Source of the DNA: Squalus acanthias
Lineage: Eukaryota
Direction: 5' to 3'
Length of the DNA: 64,000 bases
NCBI GenBank assembly: GCA_030390025.1
Contig: JASTWF010000033.1
Coordinates: 374,001-438,000 of the forward strand
The stretch's first letter is position 1. Every line of letters begins with the position of its first letter. Both the position numbers and the translations under genes were made by a program. Below are positions 37,278 through 47,967 of this stretch, piece after piece. Below the pieces are notes generated by a model. That model had not been told where the DNA came from. It saw only the letters and a program-made list of their open reading frames with translations, and did no database searches.

Positions 37278-38583
37278 ATGAACGTGTTACGCAATATCAT
37301 ATGTAGTTTCCTAGTTTGTATAATCATAATATGTAGCCTCGGGAGGACTCAGGCTAGAGTACCCCCACGGGCCAAAATAGGGTTACAGGTGGACACCTTT
37401 TTATATATGTCATACACATATGCCAAGAGAGTTGATGTTGCCAGCTGTTGGGTCTGCGTCCATGTCCCCACGCACTCAGAGGAAGGAATTCCCCTACAAC
37501 TAATCCCACTTAGTGATGATGAGATGGTCAGTTGGATGTTTGGAGTTAGAGCAGGATGCACAAGTGTGGGCTGTTATGAAGCCAAGACAGACGGCAGAAC
37601 TATAGCAAAGCTGCAACGTCATGGGTACAACCCAGAATATTGTAGTGGGTGGACACGGTCAACATATAACGATTCCTATCTACCACTGTCCTGAGAACAA
37701 AGAGTAAGAACGGACAAGGTGGGGACTATGTCTCGTAAAGAGGGGACGACTGACAGATCCTATTGTGGGCTACAGTAACTGCACATATAACATTGCCTTG
37801 CCTGGTGAGCCGGGTAGTGTGAAACTCCCATCACTAAACAGAAGCGGTCACTTCTCAGTACAATGGGACCCCCCAGAGGTAAATAAGTATACCCCCTACA
37901 ACGGGACTCATTTCGTGTGTGGTCATAGGGCCTATCCCTGATTGCCCCGAGAATGGACGGGTTCTTGTAATCTGGCTTATGTCGTACCCTACATACATCA
38001 CATGGGTTCACTGAAGGACCTCCACGGGAGAACCAGATGAGCCATCACGGAGACTGAAAGATTCTGGGCAATTGCGTTCCCCTGGTATGGAGTAGCTGAA
38101 TTGGCAAGGGAATCCATTAACCTGGCCTCCGTCTTGGAGCAGGTGGCCAACGATACAGCTGAAGCCCTAGTTAAGGTTAATGCAGAGATGGTAGCCCTCC
38201 GCACAGTAGCTCTACAAAATCGGATGGCTCTTGACTATGTGTTGGCAGAAAAAGAGGGTACCGGTTCCCTAATATGTACAGAATGTTGTACCTACATACC
38301 TGATAACTCGGAAGCCATAACTAACTTGGCAGAACACATACAGGAAGAAGTAAAAAAATTAAAACAACCTCCGGCATCCACCCTTTGGTGCTGGGTAACT
38401 GGATGGTTGACTTCACTCGGGACTTCAGTAGTACAAGGATTGATTTTGTTCATTGTTATAATATTAGTGATGTATGGTCTGGCCCTATTGTTAAAATGTT
38501 GTTGCCTTCAAATGTCACGGCCTGCTGTAAGTGTCATGATGGTTAATCAAATGACACCCGGAGAGAGAGATGTGTGGATATGA
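37278..38583 (+). pseudogene. env: ERV env (gamma-type SU-TM)
   Basis: Signal peptide, CWVC motif, ISD LQNRMALDYVLAE, degenerate CX6CC and a TM helix; frameshifted in SU. Confidence 0.9.
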
Positions 38584-38726
38584 GCCCCTATACAAGGATG
38601 CCACAGTCTTACTAACGGACTGTGAGCCCCTGGAATGTAAACATATCTACATACATTACCAGAAATCCGTATGATGCTGGTACCCTGTCACAAAACAAGT
38701 TTTGATCAGGGACCAACAGGAGGGAC

Positions 38727-39206
38727 TGTTGGAGTAAAAATTATAGGGCATAAAGAATGTAATATAAAAAGTAAATTTGTAAATACAGAATGGTTTCGCT
38801 GACATAGTGCGATGAGTAATGTCTGTGGTCAACATGCGTACGTGCAAGGTACAACGGTTACACTTGAGAACCAATCACCGCATGACCAGCCAGTCCGACT
38901 AGACAAAGCTGACACGACATTTCGAAGTTTATAGTTTCGATAGGGAAGTAACATTTTTTAGCTTAAAGTCCAGTTTATAATTAGAAGTCTGTTGCTGAGG
39001 GAACATGATTGGGTGAAGACATTTGTATGTAATGAACTGCGTAACCGGCCCTATAATGTATAAAAGAAGTTCCGGTATCACTGTAAGGTCGAGAAGTGAA
39101 TTCACTAGACCCCGGGTTCTATGTCTCTTCTCCCAGTGCGCGCTGTTAAATAAATTGTGATCTTCTGCTTTGAGACAGACTCGAGTGAATTCATTTTTAA
39201 CCAACA
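38727..39206 (+). repeat. 3' LTR (480 bp), preceded by PPT AGGAGGGAC
   Basis: Direct repeat of the 5' LTR. Confidence 0.95.
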
Positions 39207-39210
39207 ACAC

Positions 39211-40585
39211 AAATAACTTTTCAGAAATGCTAGGGAACCAAGGGTCTAGTGAGAAAGAGGAATTAAAGGAAATCAGAATTAGTAAAACAATAGTGCTGGA
39301 GAAATGAATGGGACTGAAAGCCGATTAATCCCCAGGGACTGATACTCTGCATCCCAGAGTATTAAAGAGGTCGCCATGGGACTAGTGGATGCCTTGGTTG
39401 TCATCTTCCAAAATTCTATAGATTATGGAAAAGATCCTGAAGATTGGATGGTGGCAAATGTAACCCCACTATTTAAAAAAGGAGGGAGAGAGAAAACAGG
39501 GAACTACAGACCGGATAACCTAAGATCAGTAGTAGGGAACATGCTAGAGTCTACTATAAAGGATGTGATAGCAGGACACTTAGAAAATATCAACGGGATT
39601 AGAAAAAGTCAACATGGATTTATGAAAGGGAAATCGTATTTGACAAACCGACTGGAGTTTTTTGAGGATATAACTGGTAGAATAGATATTGGAGAACCAG
39701 TGGATATGTGTATTTGGATTTTCAGATAAAGTCCCACATAAGAGGTTAGTGTACAAAATTAAAGCACATGGGATTGGGGTAATATACTGGCATGGACTGA
39801 AAATTGGTTAACAGACAGGAAACAGAGAATAGGAATAAATGGGTATTTTTTGAGGTGGCAGGCGGTGACTAGTGGGGTACCGCAGGGATCAGTGCTTGGG
39901 CCCCAGCTATTCACAATATATATCAATGATTTGGATGAGGGAACCAAATGTAATATTTCCAATTTGCTGACGACACGAAACTAGGTGGGATTGTGAGTTG
40001 TGAGGAGGATGCAACGAGGCTACAAGGCGATTTAGACAAGTTGAGTGAGTGGGCAAATACATGGCAGATGCAGTATAACGTGGATAACTGTGGAGTTATC
40101 CAAATCGGTAGGAAAAACTGAAAGGCAGAGTTTTATATAAATTGTGATAGATTGGGAAATGTTGATGCACAGAGGGACTTGGGTGTCCTTGTTCACCAGT
40201 CACTGAAAGCAAACATGCAGCAAGCAGTTAGGAAGGAAAATGGTATGTTGGCCTTCATGCAAAAGGATTTGAATACAGGAGCAAGGATGCCTTACTACAG
40301 TTATACAGGGCCTTGGTGAGACCACACCTGGAGTACAGTGTGCAGTTTTGGTCTCCGTACCTAAGAAAGGACACACTTGCCATAGATGGAGTGCAGCGAG
40401 GGTTCACAAGAATATATTTAAGAATGACATACATTTCTAGACACAAAAGGTATCACGGGGAATGGGGAGAGAGCGCGAATATGGTATTGAGTTAGAGGAT
40501 CAGCCATGATCATATTGAATGGTGGAGCAGGCTCGAAGGGCCGAATGACCTACTCCTGCTCCTATTTTACTATGTTTTCTATGTT
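39211..40585 (+). mobile_element. Decayed CR1, RT half and 3' tail (right of the ERV)
   Basis: Continues EEDT|NN after the [30 protein letters not shown] and tail. Confidence 0.9.
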
Positions 40586-40599
40586 TAACGATTAATGAC

Positions 40600-40705
40600 G
40601 TGGTATGGCGATACAGTGGTTCTGTTACTCGACCAATAATCCAGAGACCTGGACTAATGATCCGGGGCCGTGAGTTTAAATCCCACTGCGCCAGGTGAGT
40701 GAAAT
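40600..40705 (+). mobile_element. tRNA-derived SINE 5' fragment
   Basis: A-box-like TGGCGATACAGTGG and B-box-like GAGTTTAAATCCC flanking TAATCCAGAG..GACTAATGATCC. Confidence 0.5.
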
Positions 40706-40932
40706 ACGGCAACAAGGTCGCGAACAGACTGGTTCAGCCTCAGACAGTGACCAGGGATAGGGATGGAGTCGGTGGCCAGGGAACGGAGTTTGTGGCGGGG
40801 ACCAGCACTCAATGGCGATATATCGCTGCCCCCTCAAGGCTACTTGCAAACCTTTCCGCCCAGCAAAATTGCAAATAGTGGACAAGGTTATCTCCACTAT
40901 TCCACTTTGACTCGGCCTTTTCTCATCCATAG

Positions 40933-41495
40933 CTTTCGCGGGCTTTTTTTGCAGAGGCCAGTGTCGGGAGCGGAGAGAGCAGCAGCACAGTGAGTATTTA
41001 AACTCACTTTCGCGGGCTTTTTTTTGCAGAGGCCAGTGTCGGGAGCGGAGAGAGCAGCAGCACAGTGAGTATTTAAACTCACTTTCGCGGGCTTTTTTTT
41101 GCAGAGGCCAGTGTCGGGAGCGGAGAGAGCAGCAGCACAGTGAGTATTTAAACTCACTTTCGCGGGCTTTTTTTTGCAGAGGCCAGTGTCGGGAGCGGAG
41201 AGAGCAGCAGCACAGTGAGTATTTAAACTCACTTTCGCGGGCTTTTTTTTGCAGAGGCCAGTGTCGGGAGCGGAGAGAGCAGCAGCACAGTGAGTATTTA
41301 AACTCACTTTCGCGGGCTTTTTTTTGCAGAGGCCAGTGTCGGGAGCGGAGAGAGCAGCAGCACAGTGAGTATTTAAACTCACTTTCGCGGGCTTTTTTTG
41401 CAGAGGCCAGTGTCGGGAGCGGAGAGAGCAGCAGCACAGTGAGTAGTTAAACTCACTTTCGCGGGCTTTTTTTTTTGCTGAGGCCAGTGTCCGGA
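40933..41495 (+). repeat. CR1 5' UTR 75-bp tandem monomers (~7.5 copies)
   Basis: GCAGAGGCCAG recurs at 40951, 41026, 41101, 41176, 41251, 41326 and 41400. Confidence 0.93.
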
Positions 41496-41949
41496 GAGAC
41501 GAGACCGGAAGCGGACCAGGTGGGAAGCACCCAGGTGAACAGCATTTAAGGAGGGTGGTGGCTTAAACCCGAGTTCCTACAGAGTAGGAACCCCCACCCG
41601 CCCTCCTCCTCTAACCTACTAGTCTTTTAGCAGTCTAAAAACAGAGGTCACAAATTTTTTGGTCTCAGTTTCTTTTCAGCAGGGCAGGAACCGGGAGGAG
41701 CGGGAAGTCGGCGTAGGACCAAGGGGACACAAGACCGGGAAGTCAGCGAAAGACCAGGGAGGTAAGACTAACTGGTAAGTACTTTCCTCAAACCTTCCTA
41801 GAAAGTAAAACTAAAACTAGTGGGATTTGGTTAGTTTAAAAAGGAATAAGAGGAGTACAGTATACATTGGTCTAAGTAAGCTTCGGGAAAACAAAAGTCA
41901 ATAAATAAACTAAAACTAGAAAATTAAAAAGTAATATAAGGGTTAAGTC

Positions 41950-42897
41950 ATGGCAGTAGAGCTCGGACCTGTGTCATGCTCCTCCTGTAACATGTGGGAA
42001 ATCAGGGACGCTTCCTGTGTCCCTGACAACCATGTGTGCGGGAAGTGTGTCCAGCTGCAGCTCATGTGGGACCGCATGACGGCCCTTGAGCTGCGGATGG
42101 ACTCACTTTGGAGCATCCACGATTCTGAGAGGGTTGTGGATAACACATTTAGTGAGTTGGTCACACCGCAGGTTAAGGCCAGCGTAGATAGTACATGGGT
42201 GACCAAAAGGCAGAGCAAGGGCAGGAAGGTAGTGCAGAAATCCCCTGGGGTTGTCTCCCTTAGCAACAGGTTCACCGCCTTAGGTGCTGTTGTCGGGGGG
42301 GATGACTCATCGGGGGAAGGCACCAGCAGCCAGGCTCATGGCACCATGACTGGCTCTGTTGCAAAGAAGGGAGGGAAAAAGAGTGGCAGGGCTATAGTAA
42401 TAGGGGATTCGATTGTAAGGGGAATAGATAGGGGTTTCTGTGGTCGCGACCGAGACTCCAGGATGGTATGTTGCCTCCCTGGTGCAAGGGTCAAGGATGT
42501 CTCGGCGCGGGTGCAGAACATTCTGGAGGGGGAGGGGGAACAGCCAGTTGTCGTGATACATGTTGGTACCAACGACGTAGCTAAAAAAAGGGAAGAGGTC
42601 CTACAAGTAGAATTTAGGGAGTTAGGAGCCAAGCTAAAAAGTAGGACCTCGAAGGTAGTAATCTCTGGATTACTACCAGTGCCACGTGCTAGTAAGAGTA
42701 CAGAGAACAGGATAGTTAGGCTAAATACGTGGCTTGAGCAGTGGTGTAAGAGGGAGGGTTTTAAATTTTTGAGGCATTGGAACCAGTTTTGTGGTAGGTG
42801 TGACCTATACAAAAGGGACGGTCTACACCTGTGCAAAGATGGAACTGATGTTCTCGGGGTAATTTTTGATAAAGCAGTTCGGGAGCATTTAAACTAG
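41950..42897 (+). CDS. CR1 ORF1p (Cys zinc finger, coiled coil, SGNH esterase-like domain)
   Basis: CSSC..CGKC; IGDSIVR, VIHVGTND and DGLHL blocks; 315 aa open. Confidence 0.93.
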   Translation: MAVELGPVSCSSCNMWEIRDASCVPDNHVCGKCVQLQLMWDRMTALELRMDSLWSIHDSERVVDNTFSELVTPQVKASVDSTWVTKRQSKGRKVVQKSPGVVSLSNRFTALGAVVGGDDSSGEGTSSQAHGTMTGSVAKKGGKKSGRAIVIGDSIVRGIDRGFCGRDRDSRMVCCLPGARVKDVSARVQNILEGEGEQPVVVIHVGTNDVAKKREEVLQVEFRELGAKLKSRTSKVVISGLLPVPRASKSTENRIVRLNTWLEQWCKREGFKFLRHWNQFCGRCDLYKRDGLHLCKDGTDVLGVIFDKAVREHLN

Positions 42898-42971
42898 TAT
42901 GGCAGGGGGCTAGAAACCTATGTAGTGAAATAGAGGAAAGTGAAAGGCAGACAGAAATAAATGGTAAAAGA

Positions 42972-45839
42972 GTGAGGAACAAAAAACAAAGGGCCAAACT
43001 AATTCATAAAAAATGTGAGCATAAAAAAAGCCTGAGGGTTTTATACCTTAATGCGAGAAGCATCAGGAACAAGGTAGATGAATTAGCTGTGGAAATAGAG
43101 GTTAATAATTATGATCTAATTGGGATTACGGAAACATGGTTGCAGGGTGAGCAGGGCTGGGAGCTTAACATACAGGGGTATTCAGTATTTAGGAAGGATC
43201 GACAAAAAAGAAAGGGAGGAGGGGTAGCATTGCTGGTAAAAGAAGGGATAAATGCAATTGAAAGGAAGGATATTAACTCAGTTAATACAGAATCTATATG
43301 GGTGGAGCTAAGAAATAGCGAGGGGCGAAAAACATTAATAGGAGTGGTATATAGGCCTCCAAATAGTAAAATAGAGGTTGGGGAGGGCATCACGAGGGAA
43401 ATTAGAGAAGCGTGCAATAAGAGCACAGCTGTCATCATAGGTGACTTTAACTTACATATAGATTGGAATAGCCTAATCAGTAAAAATAATGAGGAGGAGG
43501 AATTCCTTGAGTGTTTAAGGGATGGTTATCTGGATCAATATGTCGAGGAACCAACTCGGGAACAGGCTATATTGGACTGGGTACTGTGCAATGAGAAGGG
43601 ACTAATTAGTAATCTTGTTGTACGGGGACCCTTGGGTCAGAGCGATCATAACATGATCGATTTCTCACTCGAAATGGAGAGCGAAGAAATTGACTCAGAT
43701 ACTAAGGTCCTGAATTTAAACAAGGGGAATTATGATGCCATTAGACGGGAACTGAGTAGGTCTGATTGGACAACGTTCCTGGGAGGACTGGAGGTAGATA
43801 AACAATGGCAAGCATTTAAAGATAGAATGACAAAATTGCAAAAATTGTTTATACCAATCTGGCATAAAAGGAAATCTAAAAAGGTGACTCAACCGTGGAT
43901 AACAGGGGAAATTAGAGACAGCATAAAATCCAAAGATAGGGCGTATAAAATAGCCAAAAAAAGCGCCAGAGCGGAAGATTGGGAACAGTTTAAGATAGAG
44001 CAAAGGAGGACAAAGGGCTTAATCAAGAGGGGCAAAATAGCTTACGAAAGCAAGCTGGCGGAAAATATAAAAACTAACTCCAAAAGCTTTTATAAGTATA
44101 TCAAGAGGAAAAGACTGGTGAAAACCAAAGTTGGCCCATTGCAGTCAGATACGGGGGAATATATAACGGGAAATAAGGAAATGGCAGACCAACTAAATGC
44201 ATACTTTGGGTCAGTCTTTACGAAGGAAGACACAAAAAACCTCCCTGGGATATCGGGAAAAATAGGGACATTTGCAAAGGAGGAACTGACGCAAGTCAAT
44301 ATCTCTAAGGATATGGTGTTAAGGAAGCTAAAGGGATTGAAGGCGGACAAATCCCCAGGGCCTGATAACATGCATCCTAGGGTGCTGAAGGAGGTGGCCC
44401 TAGAGATAGCGGATGCACTAAGTATGATTTTTCAGAATTCATTAGACTCGGGAACAGTGCCCATGGATTGGAGGGTAGCTAACGTTACCCCACTATTCAA
44501 AAAGGGGGGTAGGGAAAAAGCAGGTAATTACAGACCTGTAAGCCTTACATCAGTTGTGGGCAAAATGCTGGAGTCCATCATTAAGGATGAAATAGTGGAG
44601 CACTTAGCAAATGGGGACAGGATAGGACAGAGTCAACATGGATTTACAAAGGGTAAATCGTGCTTGACTAATCTATTGGAATTTTTTGAGGGAGTAACTG
44701 GTAAAATAGATGGGGGAGAGCCAGTAGATGTGGTGTACCTGGACTTCCAAAAGGCCTTCGATAAGGTCCCACATAAAAGATTAGCAGGGAAAATTGAAGC
44801 TCATGGGATAAAGGGGAAAGTATTGACGTGGATAGAGAACTGGCTGTCAGATAGAAAACAGAGAGTTGGAATAAACGGCTCATTTTCTGAATGGCAGGCA
44901 GTAACAAGTGGGGTACCACAGGGATCTGTCCTGGGTCCCCAGCTGTTCACAATTTACATTAATGACCTGGATCAGGGAGTCGGATGCAGCATTTCCAAAT
45001 TTGCAGACGACACTAAACTAGGAGGGGGGGTGGGCTCAGAGGAGGAGACCAGGAAGCTCCAGAGCGATTTGGACAGACTGGGTGATTGGGCGGATAAATG
45101 GCAGATGCACTATAATGTGGACAAGTGCGAAGTTATCCACCTTGGGTGCAGGAACGGGAGGGCAAATTATTATTTAAATGGCAATAAATTGGGAGAGGGG
45201 GAAGTACAGAGAGACCTGGGTGTTCTTGTACACCAGTCACTGAAGGCGAGCATGCAGGTGCAACAGGCGATCAAGAAGGCAAACGGTATGCTGGCCTTCA
45301 TAGCAAAAGGGTTGGAATACAGGAACAGGGATACCTTGCTGCAGCTGTACAGGGCACTGGTGAGACCACACCTCGAGTACTGTGTACAGTTTTGGTCGCC
45401 TCATCTGAGGAAAGATGTTCTTGCCATGGAGGGGGTGCAGCGGCGATTCACCAGGCTGATACCAGGAATGGCGGGATTGACCTATGAGGAGAGACTATGT
45501 AGTTTAGGGATGTACACACTGGAGTTTAGAAGATTGAGAGGGGACCTCATAGAAGTGTATAAAATTCTGACAGGTCTAGACAGACTAGATGCAGAAGGAA
45601 TGTTTCCCTTGGCGGGTGAGAACAGAACTAGAGGACATAATTTAAGGATAAGGGCTAAACCATTTAGGACAGAAATGAGGGGGAATTTCTTCACTCAGAG
45701 GGTGGTGAACCTGTGGAACTCATTGCCACAGAGGGCAGTGTACGCCAGCTCATTAAATATATTTAAGAGGGAATTAGATGTATTTCTACAGGCAAAAGGG
45801 GTTAAGGGTTACGGAGAGAAGGCGGGGACGGGATACTGA
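42972..45839 (+). CDS. CR1 ORF2p (APE endonuclease + reverse transcriptase); frame open from 42873, no in-frame ATG before the endonuclease
   Basis: [38 protein letters not shown] and KFADD; 955 aa uninterrupted. Confidence 0.97.
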   Translation: MRNKKQRAKLIHKKCEHKKSLRVLYLNARSIRNKVDELAVEIEVNNYDLIGITETWLQGEQGWELNIQGYSVFRKDRQKRKGGGVALLVKEGINAIERKDINSVNTESIWVELRNSEGRKTLIGVVYRPPNSKIEVGEGITREIREACNKSTAVIIGDFNLHIDWNSLISKNNEEEEFLECLRDGYLDQYVEEPTREQAILDWVLCNEKGLISNLVVRGPLGQSDHNMIDFSLEMESEEIDSDTKVLNLNKGNYDAIRRELSRSDWTTFLGGLEVDKQWQAFKDRMTKLQKLFIPIWHKRKSKKVTQPWITGEIRDSIKSKDRAYKIAKKSARAEDWEQFKIEQRRTKGLIKRGKIAYESKLAENIKTNSKSFYKYIKRKRLVKTKVGPLQSDTGEYITGNKEMADQLNAYFGSVFTKEDTKNLPGISGKIGTFAKEELTQVNISKDMVLRKLKGLKADKSPGPDNMHPRVLKEVALEIADALSMIFQNSLDSGTVPMDWRVANVTPLFKKGGREKAGNYRPVSLTSVVGKMLESIIKDEIVEHLANGDRIGQSQHGFTKGKSCLTNLLEFFEGVTGKIDGGEPVDVVYLDFQKAFDKVPHKRLAGKIEAHGIKGKVLTWIENWLSDRKQRVGINGSFSEWQAVTSGVPQGSVLGPQLFTIYINDLDQGVGCSISKFADDTKLGGGVGSEEETRKLQSDLDRLGDWADKWQMHYNVDKCEVIHLGCRNGRANYYLNGNKLGEGEVQRDLGVLVHQSLKASMQVQQAIKKANGMLAFIAKGLEYRNRDTLLQLYRALVRPHLEYCVQFWSPHLRKDVLAMEGVQRRFTRLIPGMAGLTYEERLCSLGMYTLEFRRLRGDLIEVYKILTGLDRLDAEGMFPLAGENRTRGHNLRIRAKPFRTEMRGNFFTQRVVNLWNSLPQRAVYASSLNIFKRELDVFLQAKGVKGYGEKAGTGY

Positions 45840-45939
45840 ATTGGAGGATCAGCCATGATCTCATTAAATGGCGGAGCAGGCTCGAAGGGCCGGATGGCCT
45901 ACTCCTGCTCCTATCTTCTATGTATCTATGTATCTATGT

Positions 45940-46202
45940 AACTCGGGTTTAAGCCACCACCCTCCTTAAATGCCGTTCACCTGGGTGCTTCCCACCTGGT
46001 CCGCTTCCGGTCTCGTCGCTCCCGACAACAGCCTGTGAAGAAAAGCCCGCGAAAGTGAGTTCAAATACTCACAGCACTTCACAGCACCTCTGGTCTCGTC
46101 GCTCCCGACAACAGCCTGTGAAGAAAAGCCCGCGAAAGTGAGTTCAAATACTCACAGCACTTCACAGCACCTCTGGTCTCGTCGCTCCCGACAACAGCCT
46201 GT
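45940..46202 (-). mobile_element. Antisense CR1 5' UTR fragment with 83-bp monomers (unit 1)
   Basis: Reverse complement of ~41490-41575 plus related monomers containing GTGAGTATTTGAACTCACTTTCGCGGG. Confidence 0.9.
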
Positions 46203-46748
46203 GGCGGATGGACAGAGTCTGTTGTATCAATGTTTTAAACTGATTTCACTGGCGATCCCCAGCTCTGAATCCCCCAGCAGAGAATTCAAGTAGAGTTTGA
46301 TATAAACGAGATTCAACATCAGTATCAGAACATTACTCTTTGATTCGGGACTCTGATCTCTCTCCAGCATCTCGCTGCTGAAGATTGAACTTGACATAAT
46401 TGCAGCTTGGCTCGGGATCAGTGCGGCTCAGCGGGACTTCGGCCCGTCTCTCCCTTCACAACCCATCAGTGCCGAGAAAAGAACGGGGAATTTTACACAT
46501 GTGTTTTGTTCTGTAACTTTATTTGAACATTTCAGTGCATTTCACGCTGTGTCCAACACGATGAGGTCCCCCCTGGTGTATCAGATTTGTATCTGCATCA
46601 ACACTCCAGCTTTACATTAACACAACCTGAACTCCGAGATCTGGTCCGACCTCATTGCCCCGAAAGTGAGGATTGAGCGGGAGGGGCAATGCCACCCGGG
46701 GTTAGATTTTCCTCCAAGCGGGTGATACAACATTTCATTTACTGTGAA

Positions 46749-46809
46749 GCCCAAATAGCTCAGTTGGGCGAGCGTTAAACTGAAGATCTAAAGATCCCGG
46801 GTTTCGGCA
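46749..46809 (+). pseudogene. tRNA-Phe(GAA) pseudogene with T-arm deletion (copies at 52935-52995 and 59203-59263)
   Basis: GCCCAAATAGCTCAGTTGGGCGAGCGTTAAACTGAAGATCTAAAGATCCCGGGTTTCGGCA followed by TTTTT; the GTCCCTGGTTC segment is missing. Confidence 0.88.
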
Positions 46810-47158
46810 TTTTTGGTTAGGTTGTGTCTCCTTCACTATAAGAAGATAGAAGCAGAAGAGGTTTTCCGCTCGTGAACCCGCGTCCACCAAATGAATGGGA
46901 GTGAAACCACATCTGAGCCGCGGGATCCGGCTCCAGCCGCCCGCTGCGGGTTCGAATCCAGTCGGGTTTGTGAGATTAAAGAGCTCTTTTACTGTTACTT
47001 TCGATTGACACTCTGCCCAGTTGTATATACGAACAGTTAACAATGTTTAAGCGAAGTGGTGTGTTCAATGTTTGTGCAGTAACTCGGTCACCCAGTGTGA
47101 GCCTGAAAGACAATCCCCCAGCCTGGGCTCGAATCTTTCAAACAGGCACTTTGTGACC

Positions 47159-47235
47159 GACCGGTTAGCTCAGTTGGTGAGAACGTGATGCTTCAAGTAA
47201 ATCAATAGCCGCGGGTTTGATCCCCGTATAGGCCA
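47159..47235 (+). pseudogene. tRNA-Ile-derived pseudogene (copies at 53341-53418 and 59609-59686)
   Basis: GACCGGTTAGCTCAGTTGGT..CGCGGGTTTGATCCCCGTA.GGCCA; the anticodon arm is scrambled. Confidence 0.8.
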
Positions 47236-47733
47236 TCAGAATTTGTTCATACTTTTAAGCTTTTTCGAAATACTTAAAATACATACTTTATAAAGAAACA
47301 AATCCACACAGAATCTCACGGGGGAATTATTTGGATTAACATCCATTGTAACTTTGTCACCGTGGCGGAGAGACACATCTTTCTGTTTATTTATGTTTCT
47401 GGGTTTGCTGATGAACGTTGAACTGGCGGCCTGTTCCCGTTAATGGTCACAAGAGGGTAAGAGACAGACAGAGCGGCTCTGACCCCGCGAGATGGGCAAA
47501 AGGCTTCAGTTCAGGAGTAAATGCATCAAATGAAATGTTGGCCAGGCACCGAGAGAGACAACATCCAGAGAAAAGCACAGAAGGAAATAGATCAATCGAA
47601 AACGTTATAAATATTTCCCATGCTTGATGTCTCTCTATTCAATCGCCAACCCTTCAGTGCCGGATAAATAATTCCAGTTTAAGGCGTTCAGTTCGAGAAT
47701 GGCAGCGGAAAGAAACTCAAATGAATTGAAAAC

Positions 47734-47967
47734 TGCCGAATCCCGGGATTGAATCAGGGACCATTATTAAATCTGTAGAGAGAAAAACAGAGTTAACGTT
47801 TCAGGTCGATGACCGTTCGTCTGACGTTAACTGTTTCTCTCTCTACAGATGCTGCCTGATCTGCTGAACATTTCCAGCATTTTCTGTTTTTATTTGAAAT
47901 TTCCAGTATTTTGCTTTTGTACCTTTATAAATCTTCAAGTCGCTCATCCCAACTGAGCTATTGCGGC
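47734..47967 (-). pseudogene. tRNA-Phe pseudogene split by a ~160-bp palindromic insertion (copies at 53917-54150 and 60185-60418)
   Basis: TGCCGAATCCCGGGATTGAATCAGGGACC | insert | ..CCCAACTGAGCTATTGCGGC. Confidence 0.75.

Larger units (their letters stand above)
33520..39206 (+). mobile_element. Class I (gamma/epsilon-like) endogenous retrovirus with pro-RT deleted
   Basis: TGTTGG..CCAACA LTRs, ACAC TSD (33516-33519 and 39207-39210), PBS-Ser, PPT, gag, IN and env. Confidence 0.95.
40933..45939 (+). mobile_element. Full-length, apparently intact CR1 LINE
   Basis: Monomeric 5' UTR, intact ORF1 and ORF2, 3' UTR and (CTATGTAT)n tail. Confidence 0.96.

Noticed and set aside
40676..41437. ORFs with 25-aa Cys-rich repeats; CRISPR-like periodicity
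   Set aside because: These are 75-bp CR1 5' UTR monomers read antisense. There are no unique spacers and the context is eukaryotic.
46415..46445. GGCTCAGCGGGACTTCG, resembling the vault RNA 5' block
   Set aside because: No 3' conserved block, closing stem or terminator; may be chance or a very old relic.
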